64,000 bases of DNA from Auanema rhodensis (taxonomy: Eukaryota; Animalia; Nematoda), in NCBI GenBank assembly GCA_964057225.1, contig OZ059895.1, positions 19,964,001 through 20,028,000 of the forward strand, read 5' to 3'. The notes under the pieces were generated by a model. That model made no database searches. It saw nothing but the letters and a program-made list of their open reading frames with translations, and was not told the DNA's origin. Position 1 is the first letter of the stretch. Each line of letters starts with the position of its first letter. Below, one piece after another: positions 1 to 12,300 of this stretch. The translations under genes were made by a program, and so were the position numbers.

Positions 1-69
1 TTTTTCAAACGATCATAACTAATTTTTGTATTAAGCGTTTCTCAATGTAGTATAGTGCATTCGATGCGG

Positions 70-120
70 ATTTTTAAGCTGCGTCGATCTGTGTTTTCAG
101 ATTTGCGCTAGCTTAAAAAT
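70..120. other. Inverted repeat in each monomer: 11-bp perfect arms with inner stems
   Basis: atttttaagct (70-80) is the reverse complement of agcttaaaaat (110-120). Inner pairs are gcg 81-83 / cgc 106-108 and atctg 87-91 / cagat 98-102. Confidence 0.9.
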
Positions 121-137
121 GCACCGAGATATCAACT

Positions 138-159
138 GATATAAGTTCACACTTATATC
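138..159. other. Inverted repeat: 9-bp stem, 4-nt loop (perfect in m144A/m156T monomers)
   Basis: gatataagt-tcac-acttatatc. Confidence 0.9.
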
Positions 160-261
160 CTCGATTTTCACCCTGAAGAATTAATTTTTTCGTTGAATAA
201 CATTGTCCATCGTCTTTGCCTTGAAAAAAGGAATCTAAAAACATCTACTTTTTGCTAAATT

Positions 262-296
262 ATTTTGAAATTTTTCGAAAAAATTTTTGTCAAAAT
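262..296. other. A/T-tract dyad with a 12-bp perfect palindrome core
   Basis: Core tttttcgaaaaa (271-282), flanked by attttga (262-268) / tcaaaat (290-296). Also aaaaacat (237-244) / atgttttt (295-302) in type A. Confidence 0.8.
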
Positions 297-309
297 GTTT
301 TTGGAAGCA

Positions 310-337
310 ATGTTGAGTGTACATGGAAACTCAACAT
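310..337. other. Inverted repeat: 9-bp stem, 10-nt loop
   Basis: atgttgagt-gtacatggaa-actcaacat. Confidence 0.9.
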
Positions 338-3300
338 ATACTAATGCATCATTTTTCAAACGATCATAACTAATTTTTGTATTAAGCGTTTCTCAATGTA
401 GTATAGTGCATTCGATGCGGATTTTTAAGCTGCGTCGATCTGTGTTTTCAGATTTGCGCTAGCTTAAAAATGCACCGAGATATCAACTGATATAAGTTCA
501 CACTTATATCCTCGATTTTCACCCTGAAGAATTAATTTTTTCGTTGAATAACATTGTCCATCGTCTTTGCCTTGAAAAAAGGAATCTAAAAACATCTACT
601 TTTTGCTAAATTATTTTGAAATTTTTCGAAAAAATTTTTGTCAAAATGTTTTTGGAAGCAATGTTGAGTGTACATGGAAACTCAACATACACTAATGCAT
701 CATTTTTCAAACGATCATAACTAATTTTTGTATTGAGCGTTTCTCAATGTAGTATAGTGCATTCGATGCGGATTTTTAAGCTGCGTCGATCTGTGTTTTC
801 AGATTTGCGCTAGCTTAAAAATGCACCGAGATATCAACTGATATAAGTTCACACTTACATCCTCGATTTTCACCCTGAAGAATTAATTTTTTCGTTGAAT
901 AACATTGTCCATCGTCTTTGCCTTGAAAAAAAGAATCTGAAAACATCTACTTTTTGCTAAATTATTTTGAAATTTTTCGAAAAAATTTTTGTCAAAATGT
1001 TTTTGGAAGCAATGTTGAGTGTACATGGAAACTCAACATATACTAATGCATCATTTTTCAAACGATCATAACTAATTTTTGTATTGAGCGTTTCTCAATG
1101 TAGTATAGTGCATTCGATGCGGATTTTTAAGCTGCGTCGATCTGTGTTATCAGATTTGCGCTAGCTTAAAAATGCACCGAGATATCAACTGATATATGTT
1201 CACACTTAGATCCTCGATTTTCACCCTGAAGAATTAATTTTTTCGTTGAATAACAATGTCCATCGTCTTTGCCTTGAAAGAAAGAATCTGAAAACATCTA
1301 CTTTTTGATAAATTATTTTGAAATTTTTCGAAAAAATTTTTGTCAAAATGTTTTTGGAAGCAATGTTGAGTGTACATGGAAACTCAACATATACTAATGC
1401 ATCATTTTTCAAACGATCATAACTAATTTTTGTATTAAGCGTTTCTCAATGTAGTATAGTGCATTCGATGCGGATTTTTAAGCTGCGTCGATCTGTGTTT
1501 TCAGATTTGCGCTAGCTTAAAAATGCACCGAGATATCAACTGATATAAGTTCACACTTATATCCTCGATTTTCACCCTGAAGAATTAATTTTTTCGTTGA
1601 ATAACATTGTCCATCGTCTTTGCCTTGAAAAAAGGAATCTAAAAACATCTACTTTTTGCTAAATTATTTTGAAATTTTTCGAAAAAATTTTTGTCAAAAT
1701 GTTTTTGGAAGCAATGTTGAGTGTACATGGAAACTCAACATACACTAATGCATCATTTTTCAAACGATCATAACTAATTTTTGTATTGAGCGTTTCTCAA
1801 TGTAGTATAGTGCATTCGATGCGGATTTTTAAGCTGCGTCGATCTGTGTTTTCAGATTTGCGCTAGCTTAAAAATGCACCGAGATATCAACTGATATAAG
1901 TTCACACTTACATCCTCGATTTTCACCCTGAAGAATTAATTTTTTCGTTGAATAACATTGTCCATCGTCTTTGCCTTGAAAAAAAGAATCTGAAAACATC
2001 TACTTTTTGCTAAATTATTTTGAAATTTTTCGAAAAAATTTTTGTCAAAATGTTTTTGGAAGCAATGTTGAGTGTACATGGAAACTCAACATATACTAAT
2101 GCATCATTTTTCAAACGATCATAACTAATTTTTGTATTGAGCGTTTCTCAATGTAGTATAGTGCATTCGATGCGGATTTTTAAGCTGCGTCGATCTGTGT
2201 TATCAGATTTGCGCTAGCTTAAAAATGCACCGAGATATCAACTGATATATGTTCACACTTAGATCCTCGATTTTCACCCTGAAGAATTAATTTTTTCGTT
2301 GAATAACAATGTCCATCGTCTTTGCCTTGAAAGAAAGAATCTGAAAACATCTACTTTTTGATAAATTATTTTGAAATTTTTCGAAAAAATTTTTGTCAAA
2401 ATGTTTTTGGAAGCAATGTTGAGTGTACATGGAAACTCAACATATACTAATGCATCATTTTTCAAACGATCATAACTAATTTTTGTATTAAGCGTTTCTC
2501 AATGTAGTATAGTGCATTCGATGCGGATTTTTAAGCTGCGTCGATCTGTGTTTTCAGATTTGCGCTAGCTTAAAAATGCACCGAGATATCAACTGATATA
2601 AGTTCACACTTATATCCTCGATTTTCACCCTGAAGAATTAATTTTTTCGTTGAATAACATTGTCCATCGTCTTTGCCTTGAAAAAAGGAATCTAAAAACA
2701 TCTACTTTTTGCTAAATTATTTTGAAATTTTTCGAAAAAATTTTTGTCAAAATGTTTTTGGAAGCAATGTTGAGTGTACATGGAAACTCAACATATACTA
2801 ATGCATCATTTTTCAAACGATCATAACTAATTTTTGTATTAAGCGTTTCTCAATGTAGTATAGTGCATTCGATGCGGATTTTTAAGCTGCGTCGATCTGT
2901 GTTTTCAGATTTGCGCTAGCTTAAAAATGCACCGAGATATCAACTGATATAAGTTCACACTTATATCCTCGATTTTCACCCTGAAGAATTAATTTTTTCG
3001 TTGAATAACATTGTCCATCGTCTTTGCCTTGAAAAAAGGAATCTAAAAACATCTACTTTTTGCTAAATTATTTTGAAATTTTTCGAAAAAATTTTTGTCA
3101 AAATGTTTTTGGAAGCAATGTTGAGTGTACATGGAAACTCAACATACACTAATGCATCATTTTTCAAACGATCATAACTAATTTTTGTATTGAGCGTTTC
3201 TCAATGTAGTATAGTGCATTCGATGCGGATTTTTAAGCTGCGTCGATCTGTGTTTTCAGATTTGCGCTAGCTTAAAAATGCACCGAGATATCAACTGATA

Positions 3301-6300
3301 TAAGTTCACACTTATATCCTCGATTTTCACCCTGAAGAATTAATTTTTTCGTTGAATAACATTGTCCATCGTCTTTGCCTTGAAAAAAGGAATCTAAAAA
3401 CATCTACTTTTTGATAAATTATTTTGAAATTTTTCGAAAAAATTTTTGTCAAAATGTTTTTGGAAGCAATGTTGAGTGTACATGGAAACTCAACATATAC
3501 TAATGCATCATTTTTCAAACGATCATAACTAATTTTTGTATTAAGCGTTTCTCAATGTAGTATAGTGCATTCGATGCGGATTTTTAAGCTGCGTCGATCT
3601 GTGTTTTCAGATTTGCGCTAGCTTAAAAATGCACCGAGATATCAACTGATATAAGTTCACACTTATATCCTCGATTTTCACCCTGAAGAATTAATTTTTT
3701 CGTTGAATAACATTGTCCATCGTCTTTGCCTTGAAAAAAGGAATCTAAAAACATCTACTTTTTGCTAAATTATTTTGAAATTTTTCGAAAAAATTTTTGT
3801 CAAAATGTTTTTGGAAGCAATGTTGAGTGTACATGGAAACTCAACATATACTAATGCATCATTTTTCAAACGATCATAACTAATTTTTGTATTAAGCGTT
3901 TCTCAATGTAGTATAGTGCATTCGATGCGGATTTTTAAGCTGCGTCGATCTGTGTTTTCAGATTTGCGCTAGCTTAAAAATGCACCGAGATATCAACTGA
4001 TATAAGTTCACACTTATATCCTCGATTTTCACCCTGAAGAATTAATTTTTTCGTTGAATAACATTGTCCATCGTCTTTGCCTTGAAAAAAGGAATCTAAA
4101 AACATCTACTTTTTGCTAAATTATTTTGAAATTTTTCGAAAAAATTTTTGTCAAAATGTTTTTGGAAGCAATGTTGAGTGTACATGGAAACTCAACATAC
4201 ACTAATGCATCATTTTTCAAACGATCATAACTAATTTTTGTATTGAGCGTTTCTCAATGTAGTATAGTGCATTCGATGCGGATTTTTAAGCTGCGTCGAT
4301 CTGTGTTTTCAGATTTGCGCTAGCTTAAAAATGCACCGAGATATCAACTGATATAAGTTCACACTTATATCCTCGATTTTCACCCTGAAGAATTAATTTT
4401 TTCGTTGAATAACATTGTCCATCGTCTTTGCCTTGAAAAAAGGAATCTAAAAACATCTACTTTTTGCTAAATTATTTTGAAATTTTTCGAAAAAATTTTT
4501 GTCAAAATGTTTTTGGAAGCAATGTTGAGTGTACATGGAAACTCAACATACACTAATGCATCATTTTTCAAACGATCATAACTAATTTTTGTATTGAGCG
4601 TTTCTCAATGTAGTATAGTGCATTCGATGCGGATTTTTAAGCTGCGTCGATCTGTGTTTTCAGATTTGCGCTAGCTTAAAAATGCACCGAGATATCAACT
4701 GATATAAGTTCACACTTACATCCTCGATTTTCACCCTGAAGAATTAATTTTTTCGTTGAATAACATTGTCCATCGTCTTTGCCTTGAAAGAAAGAATCTG
4801 AAAACATCTACTTTTTGCTAAATTATTTTGAAATTTTTCGAAAAAATTTTTGTCAAAATGTTTTTGGAAGCAATGTTGAGTGTACATGGAAACTCAACAT
4901 ACACTAATGCATCATTTTTCAAACGATCATAACTAATTTTTGTATTGAGCGTTTCTCAATGTAGTATAGTGCATTCGATGCGGATTTTTAAGCTGCGTCG
5001 ATCTGTGTTATCAGATTTGCGCTAGCTTAAAAATGCACCGAGATATCAACTGATATATGTTCACACTTAGATCCTCGATTTTCACCCTGAAGAATTAATT
5101 TTTTCGTTGAATAACAATGTCCATCGTCTTTGCCTTGAAAGAAAGAATCTGAAAACATCTACTTTTTGCTAAATTATTTTGAAATTTTTCGAAAAAATTT
5201 TTGTCAAAATGTTTTTGGAAGCAATGTTGAGTGTACATGGAAACTCAACATATACTAATGCATCATTTTTCAAACGATCATAACTAATTTTTGTATTAAG
5301 CGTTTCTCAATGTAGTATAGTGCATTCGAAGCGGATTTTTAAGCTGCGTCGATCTGTGTTTTCAGATTTGCGCTAGCTTAAAAATGCACCGAGATATCAA
5401 CTGATATAAGTTCACACTTATATCCTCGATTTTCACCCTGAAGAATTAATTTTTTCGTTGAATAACATTGTCCATCGTCTTTGCCTTGAAAAAAGGAATC
5501 TAAAAACATCTACTTTTTGCTAAATTATTTTGAAATTTTTCGAAAAAATTTTTGTCAAAATGTTTTTGGAAGCAATGTTGAGTGTACATGGAAACTCAAC
5601 ATACACTAATGCATCATTTTTCAAACGATCATAACTAATTTTTGTATTGAGCGTTTCTCAATGTAGTATAGTGCATTCGATGCGGATTTTTAAGCTGCGT
5701 CGATCTGTGTTTTCAGATTTGCGCTAGCTTAAAAATGCACCGAGATATCAACTGATATAAGTTCACACTTACATCCTCGATTTTCACCCTGAAGAATTAA
5801 TTTTTTCGTTGAATAACATTGTCCATCGTCTTTGCCTTGAAAAAAAGAATCTGAAAACATCTACTTTTTGCTAAATTATTTTGAAATTTTTCGAAAAAAT
5901 TTTTGTCAAAATGTTTTTGGAAGCAATGTTGAGTGTACATGGAAACTCAACATACACTAATGCATCATTTTTCAAACGATCATAACTAATTTTTGTATTG
6001 AGCGTTTCTCAATGTAGTATAGTGCATTCGATGCGGATTTTTAAGCTGCGTCGATCTGTGTTTTCAGATTTGCGCTAGCTTAAAAATGCACCGAGATATC
6101 AACTGATATAAGTTCACACTTACATCCTCGATTTTCACCCTGAAGAATTAATTTTTTCGTTGAATAACATTGTCCATCGTCTTTGCCTTGAAAAAAAGAA
6201 TCTGAAAACATCTACTTTTTGCTAAATTATTTTGAAATTTTTCGAAAAAATTTTTGTCAAAATGTTTTTGGAAGCAATGTTGAGTGTACATGGAAACTCA

Positions 6301-9300
6301 ACATATACTAATGCATCATTTTTCAAACGATCATAACTAATTTTTGTATTGAGCGTTTCTCAATGTAGTATAGTGCATTCGATGCGGATTTTTAAGCTGC
6401 GTCGATCTGTGTTATCAGATTTGCGCTAGCTTGAAAATGCACCGAGATATCAACTGATATATGTTCACACTTAGATCCTCGATTTTCACCCTGAAGAATT
6501 AATTTTTTCGTTGAATAACAATGTCCATCGTCTTTGCCTTGAAAGAAAGAATCTGAAAACATCTACTTTTTGATAAATTATTTTGAAATTTTTCGAAAAA
6601 ATTTTTGTCAAAATGTTTTTGGAAGCAATGTTGAGTGTACATGGAAACTCAACATATACTAATGCATCATTTTTCAAACGATCATAACTAATTTTTGTAT
6701 TAAGCGTTTCTCAATGTAGTATAGTGCATTCGATGCGGATTTTTAAGCTGCGTCGATCTGTGTTTTCAGATTTGCGCTAGCTTAAAAATGCACCGAGATA
6801 TCAACTGATATAAGTTCACACTTATATCCTCGATTTTCACCCTGAAGAATTAATTTTTTCGTTGAATAACATTGTCCATCGTCTTTGCCTTGAAAAAAGG
6901 AATCTAAAAACATCTACTTTTTGCTAAATTATTTTGAAATTTTTCGAAAAAATTTTTGTCAAAATGTTTTTGGAAGCAATGTTGAGTGTACATGGAAACT
7001 CAACATATACTAATGCATCATTTTTCAAACGATCATAACTAATTTTTGTATTAAGCGTTTCTCAATGTAGTATAGTGCATTCGATGCGGATTTTTAAGCT
7101 GCGTCGATCTGTGTTTTCAGATTTGCGCTAGCTTAAAAATGCACCGAGATATCAACTGATATAAGTTCACACTTATATCCTCGATTTTCACCCTGAAGAA
7201 TTAATTTTTTCGTTGAATAACATTGTCCATCGTCTTTGCCTTGAAAAAAGGAATCTAAAAACATCTACTTTTTGCTAAATTATTTTGAAATTTTTCGAAA
7301 AAATTTTTGTCAAAATGTTTTTGGAAGCAATGTTGAGTGTACATGGAAACTCAACATACACTAATGCATCATTTTTCAAACGATCATAACTAATTTTTGT
7401 ATTGAGCGTTTCTCAATGTAGTATAGTGCATTCGATGCGGATTTTTAAGCTGCGTCGATCTGTGTTTTCAGATTTGCGCTAGCTTAAAAATGCACCGAGA
7501 TATCAACTGATATAGGTTCACACTTACATCCTCGATTTTCACCCTGAAGAATTAATTTTTTCGTTGAATAACATTGTCCATCGTCTTTGCCTTGAAAGAA
7601 AGAATCTGAAAACATCTACTTTTTGCTAAATTATTTTGAAATTTTTCGAAAAAATTTTTGTCAAAATGTTTTTGGAAGCAATGTTGAGTGTACATGGAAA
7701 CTCAACATACACTAATGCATCATTTTTCAAACGATCATAACTAATTTTTGTATTGAGCGTTTCTCAATGTAGTATAGTGCATTCGATGCGGATTTTTAAG
7801 CTGCGTCGATCTGTGTTATCAGATTTGCGCTAGCTTAAAAATGCACCGAGATATCAACTGATATATGTTCACACTTAGATCCTCGATTTTCACCCTGAAG
7901 AATTAATTTTTTCGTTGAATAACATTGTCCATCGTCTTTGCCTTGAAAAAAGGAATCTAAAAACATCTACTTTTTGCTAAATTATTTTGAAATTTTTCGA
8001 AAAAATTTTTGTCAAAATGTTTTTGGAAGCAATGTTGAGTGTACATGGAAACTCAACATATACTAATGCATCATTTTTCAAACGATCATAACTAATTTTT
8101 GTATTAAGCGTTTCTCAATGTAGTATAGTGCATTCGATGCGGATTTTTAAGCTGCGTCGATCTGTGTTTTCAGATTTGCGCTAGCTTAAAAATGCACCGA
8201 GATATCAACTGATATAAGTTCACACTTATATCCTCGATTTTCACCCTGAAGAATTAATTTTTTCGTTGAATAACATTGTCCATCGTCTTTGCCTTGAAAA
8301 AAGGAATCTAAAAACATCTACTTTTTGCTAAATTATTTTGAAATTTTTCGAAAAAATTTTTGTCAAAATGTTTTTGGAAGCAATGTTGAGTGTACATGGA
8401 AACTCAACATACACTAATGCATCATTTTTCAAACGATCATAACTAATTTTTGTATTGAGCGTTTCTCAATGTAGTATAGTGCATTCGATGCGGATTTTTA
8501 AGCTGCGTCGATCTGTGTTTTCAGATTTGCGCTAGCTTAAAAATGCACCGAGATATCAACTGATATAAGTTCACACTTACATCCTCGATTTTCACCCTGA
8601 AGAATTAATTTTTTCGTTGAATAACATTGTCCATCGTCTTTGCCTTGAAAAAAAGAATCTGAAAACATCTACTTTTTGCTAAATTATTTTGAAATTTTTC
8701 GAAAAAATTTTTGTCAAAATGTTTTTGGAAGCAATGTTGAGTGTACATGGAAACTCAACATATACTAATGCATCATTTTTCAAACGATCATAACTAATTT
8801 TTGTATTGAGCGTTTCTCAATGTAGTATAGTGCATTCGATGCGGATTTTTAAGCTGCGTCGATCTGTGTTATCAGATTTGCGCTAGCTTAAAAATGCACC
8901 GAGATATCAACTGATATATGTTCACACTTAGATCCTCGATTTTCACCCTGAAGAATTAATTTTTTCGTTGAATAACAATGTCCATCGTCTTTGCCTTGAA
9001 AGAAAGAATCTGAAAACATCTACTTTTTGATAAATTATTTTGAAATTTTTCGAAAAAATTTTTGTCAAAATGTTTTTGGAAGCAATGTTGAGTGTACATG
9101 GAAACTCAACATATACTAATGCATCATTTTTCAAACGATCATAACTAATTTTTGTATTAAGCGTTTCTCAATGTAGTATAGTGCATTCGATGCGGATTTT
9201 TAAGCTGCGTCGATCTGTGTTTTCAGATTTGCGCTAGCTTAAAAATGCACCGAGATATCAACTGATATAAGTTCACACTTATATCCTCGATTTTCACCCT

Positions 9301-12300
9301 GAAGAATTAATTTTTTCGTTGAATAACATTGTCCATCGTCTTTGCCTTGAAAAAAGGAATCTAAAAACATCTACTTTTTGCTAAATTATTTTGAAATTTT
9401 TCGAAAAAATTTTTGTCAAAATGTTTTTGGAAGCAATGTTGAGTGTACATGGAAACTCAACATATACTAATGCATCATTTTTCAAACGATCATAACTAAT
9501 TTTTGTATTAAGCGTTTCTCAATGTAGTATAGTGCATTCGATGCGGATTTTTAAGCTGCGTCGATCTGTGTTTTCAGATTTGCGCTAGCTTAAAAATGCA
9601 CCGAGATATCAACTGATATAAGTTCACACTTATATCCTCGATTTTCACCCTGAAGAATTAATTTTTTCGTTGAATAACATTGTCCATCGTCTTTGCCTTG
9701 AAAAAAGGAATCTAAAAACATCTACTTTTTGCTAAATTATTTTGAAATTTTTCGAAAAAATTTTTGTCAAAATGTTTTTGGAAGCAATGTTGAGTGTACA
9801 TGGAAACTCAACATACACTAATGCATCATTTTTCAAACGATCATAACTAATTTTTGTATTGAGCGTTTCTCAATGTAGTATAGTGCATTCGATGCGGATT
9901 TTTAAGCTGCGTCGATCTGTGTTTTCAGATTTGCGCTAGCTTAAAAATGCACCGAGATATCAACTGATATAAGTTCACACTTATATCCTCGATTTTCACC
10001 CTGAAGAATTAATTTTTTCGTTGAATAACATTGTCCATCGTCTTTGCCTTGAAAAAAGGAATCTAAAAACATCTACTTTTTGCTAAATTATTTTGAAATT
10101 TTTCGAAAAAATTTTTGTCAAAATGTTTTTGGAAGCAATGTTGAGTGTACATGGAAACTCAACATACACTAATGCATCATTTTTCAAACGATCATAACTA
10201 ATTTTTGTATTGAGCGTTTCTCAATGTAGTATAGTGCATTCGATGCGGATTTTTAAGCTGCGTCGATCTGTGTTTTCAGATTTGCGCTAGCTTAAAAATG
10301 CACCGAGATATCAACTGATATAAGTTCACACTTACATCCTCGATTTTCACCCTGAAGAATTAATTTTTTCGTTGAATAACATTGTCCATCGTCTTTGCCT
10401 TGAAAGAAAGAATCTGAAAACATCTACTTTTTGCTAAATTATTTTGAAATTTTTCGAAAAAATTTTTGTCAAAATGTTTTTGGAAGCAATGTTGAGTGTA
10501 CATGGAAACTCAACATACACTAATGCATCATTTTTCAAACGATCATAACTAATTTTTGTATTGAGCGTTTCTCAATGTAGTATAGTGCATTCGATGCGGA
10601 TTTTTAAGCTGCGTCGATCTGTGTTATCAGATTTGCGCTAGCTTAAAAATGCACCGAGATATCAACTGATATAGGTTCACACTTACATCCTCGATTTTCA
10701 CCCTGAAGAATTAATTTTTTCGTTGAATAACATTGTCCATCGTCTTTGCCTTGAAAGAAAGAATCTGAAAACATCTACTTTTTGCTAAATTATTTTGAAA
10801 TTTTTCGAAAAAATTTTTGTCAAAATGTTTTTGGAAGCAATGTTGAGTGTACATGGAAACTCAACATACACTAATGCATCATTTTTCAAACGATCATAAC
10901 TAATTTTTGTATTGAGCGTTTCTCAATGTAGTATAGTGCATTCGATGCGGATTTTTAAGCTGCGTCGATCTGTGTTATCAGATTTGCGCTAGCTTAAAAA
11001 TGCACCGAGATATCAACTGATATATGTTCACACTTAGATCCTCGATTTTCACCCTGAAGAATTAATTTTTTCGTTGAATAACATTGTCCATCGTCTTTGC
11101 CTTGAAAAAAGGAATCTAAAAACATCTACTTTTTGCTAAATTATTTTGAAATTTTTCGAAAAAATTTTTGTCAAAATGTTTTTGGAAGCAATGTTGAGTG
11201 TACATGGAAACTCAACATATACTAATGCATCATTTTTCAAACGATCATAACTAATTTTTGTATTAAGCGTTTCTCAATGTAGTATAGTGCATTCGATGCG
11301 GATTTTTAAGCTGCGTCGATCTGTGTTTTCAGATTTGCGCTAGCTTAAAAATGCACCGAGATATCAACTGATATAAGTTCACACTTATATCCTCGATTTT
11401 CACCCTGAAGAATTAATTTTTTCGTTGAATAACATTGTCCATCGTCTTTGCCTTGAAAAAAGGAATCTAAAAACATCTACTTTTTGCTAAATTATTTTGA
11501 AATTTTTCGAAAAAATTTTTGTCAAAATGTTTTTGGAAGCAATGTTGAGTGTACATGGAAACTCAACATACACTAATGCATCATTTTTCAAACGATCATA
11601 ACTAATTTTTGTATTGAGCGTTTCTCAATGTAGTATAGTGCATTCGATGCGGATTTTTAAGCTGCGTCGATCTGTGTTTTCAGATTTGCGCTAGCTTAAA
11701 AATGCACCGAGATATCAACTGATATAAGTTCACACTTACATCCTCGATTTTCACCCTGAAGAATTAATTTTTTCGTTGAATAACATTGTCCATCGTCTTT
11801 GCCTTGAAAGAAAGAATCTGAAAACATCTACTTTTTGCTAAATTATTTTGAAATTTTTCGAAAAAATTTTTGTCAAAATGTTTTTGGAAGCAATGTTGAG
11901 TGTACATGGAAACTCAACATACACTAATGCATCATTTTTCAAACGATCATAACTAATTTTTGTATTGAGCGTTTCTCAATGTAGTATAGTGCATTCGATG
12001 CGGATTTTTAAGCTGCGTCGATCTGTGTTATCAGATTTGCGCTAGCTTAAAAATGCACCGAGATATCAACTGATATATGTTCACACTTAGATCCTCGATT
12101 TTCACCCTGAAGAATTAATTTTTTCGTTGAATAACAATGTCCATCGTCTTTGCCTTGAAAGAAAGAATCTGAAAACATCTACTTTTTGCTAAATTATTTT
12201 GAAATTTTTCGAAAAAATTGTTGTCAAAATGTTTTTGGAAGCAATGTTGAGTGTACATGGAAACTCAACATATACTAATGCATCATTTTTCAAACGATCA

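Larger units (their letters stand above)
1..351 (+). repeat. Reference monomer (arbitrary phase)
   Basis: Positions 1-351 appear identical to 352-702 except m339 T/C. No internal ~175-bp dimer structure is visible. Confidence 0.97.

Noticed and set aside
138-190. Bacterial intrinsic terminator or promoter motifs
   Set aside because: The stems are AT-rich, there is no upstream gene, and the context is a eukaryote-type satellite.
310-345. Helitron-like 3' end (hairpin followed by CTAA)
   Set aside because: The hairpin is AT-rich with a 10-nt loop and lies only 3 nt from CTAA, which is atypical. No element ends or RepHel sequence are visible. A TE origin cannot be excluded without a database search.
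1-351. Tandem 5S rRNA, tRNA, snRNA or spliced-leader gene cluster
   Set aside because: I could not find a 5S, tRNA cloverleaf, Pol III A/B box or spliced-leader sequence on either strand. 'aatttttg' (21-28, 282-289) resembles an Sm site but is expected by chance here. An Rfam cmscan would settle it.
1-351. Assignment to Drosophila 1.688, alpha satellite, CEN180 or a CENP-B box
   Set aside because: Only the length resembles 1.688. The sequence does not match those consensuses as I recall them, and I see no canonical 17-bp CENP-B box.
1-351. Monomer as an ancient dimer of ~175 bp
   Set aside because: The two halves show no alignable similarity by eye beyond A/T tracts.
1221-9134. Five 63-aa minus-strand ORFs (MKNDALVYVEF...) at 1221, 2274, 3327, 6486 and 8943
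   Set aside because: They are the same satellite interval. The frame is open only where m255 C>A turns a minus-strand TAG into TAT; the other ~177 copies keep the stop. The K/F/I/N-rich composition reflects A/T tracts, and I recognise no domain.
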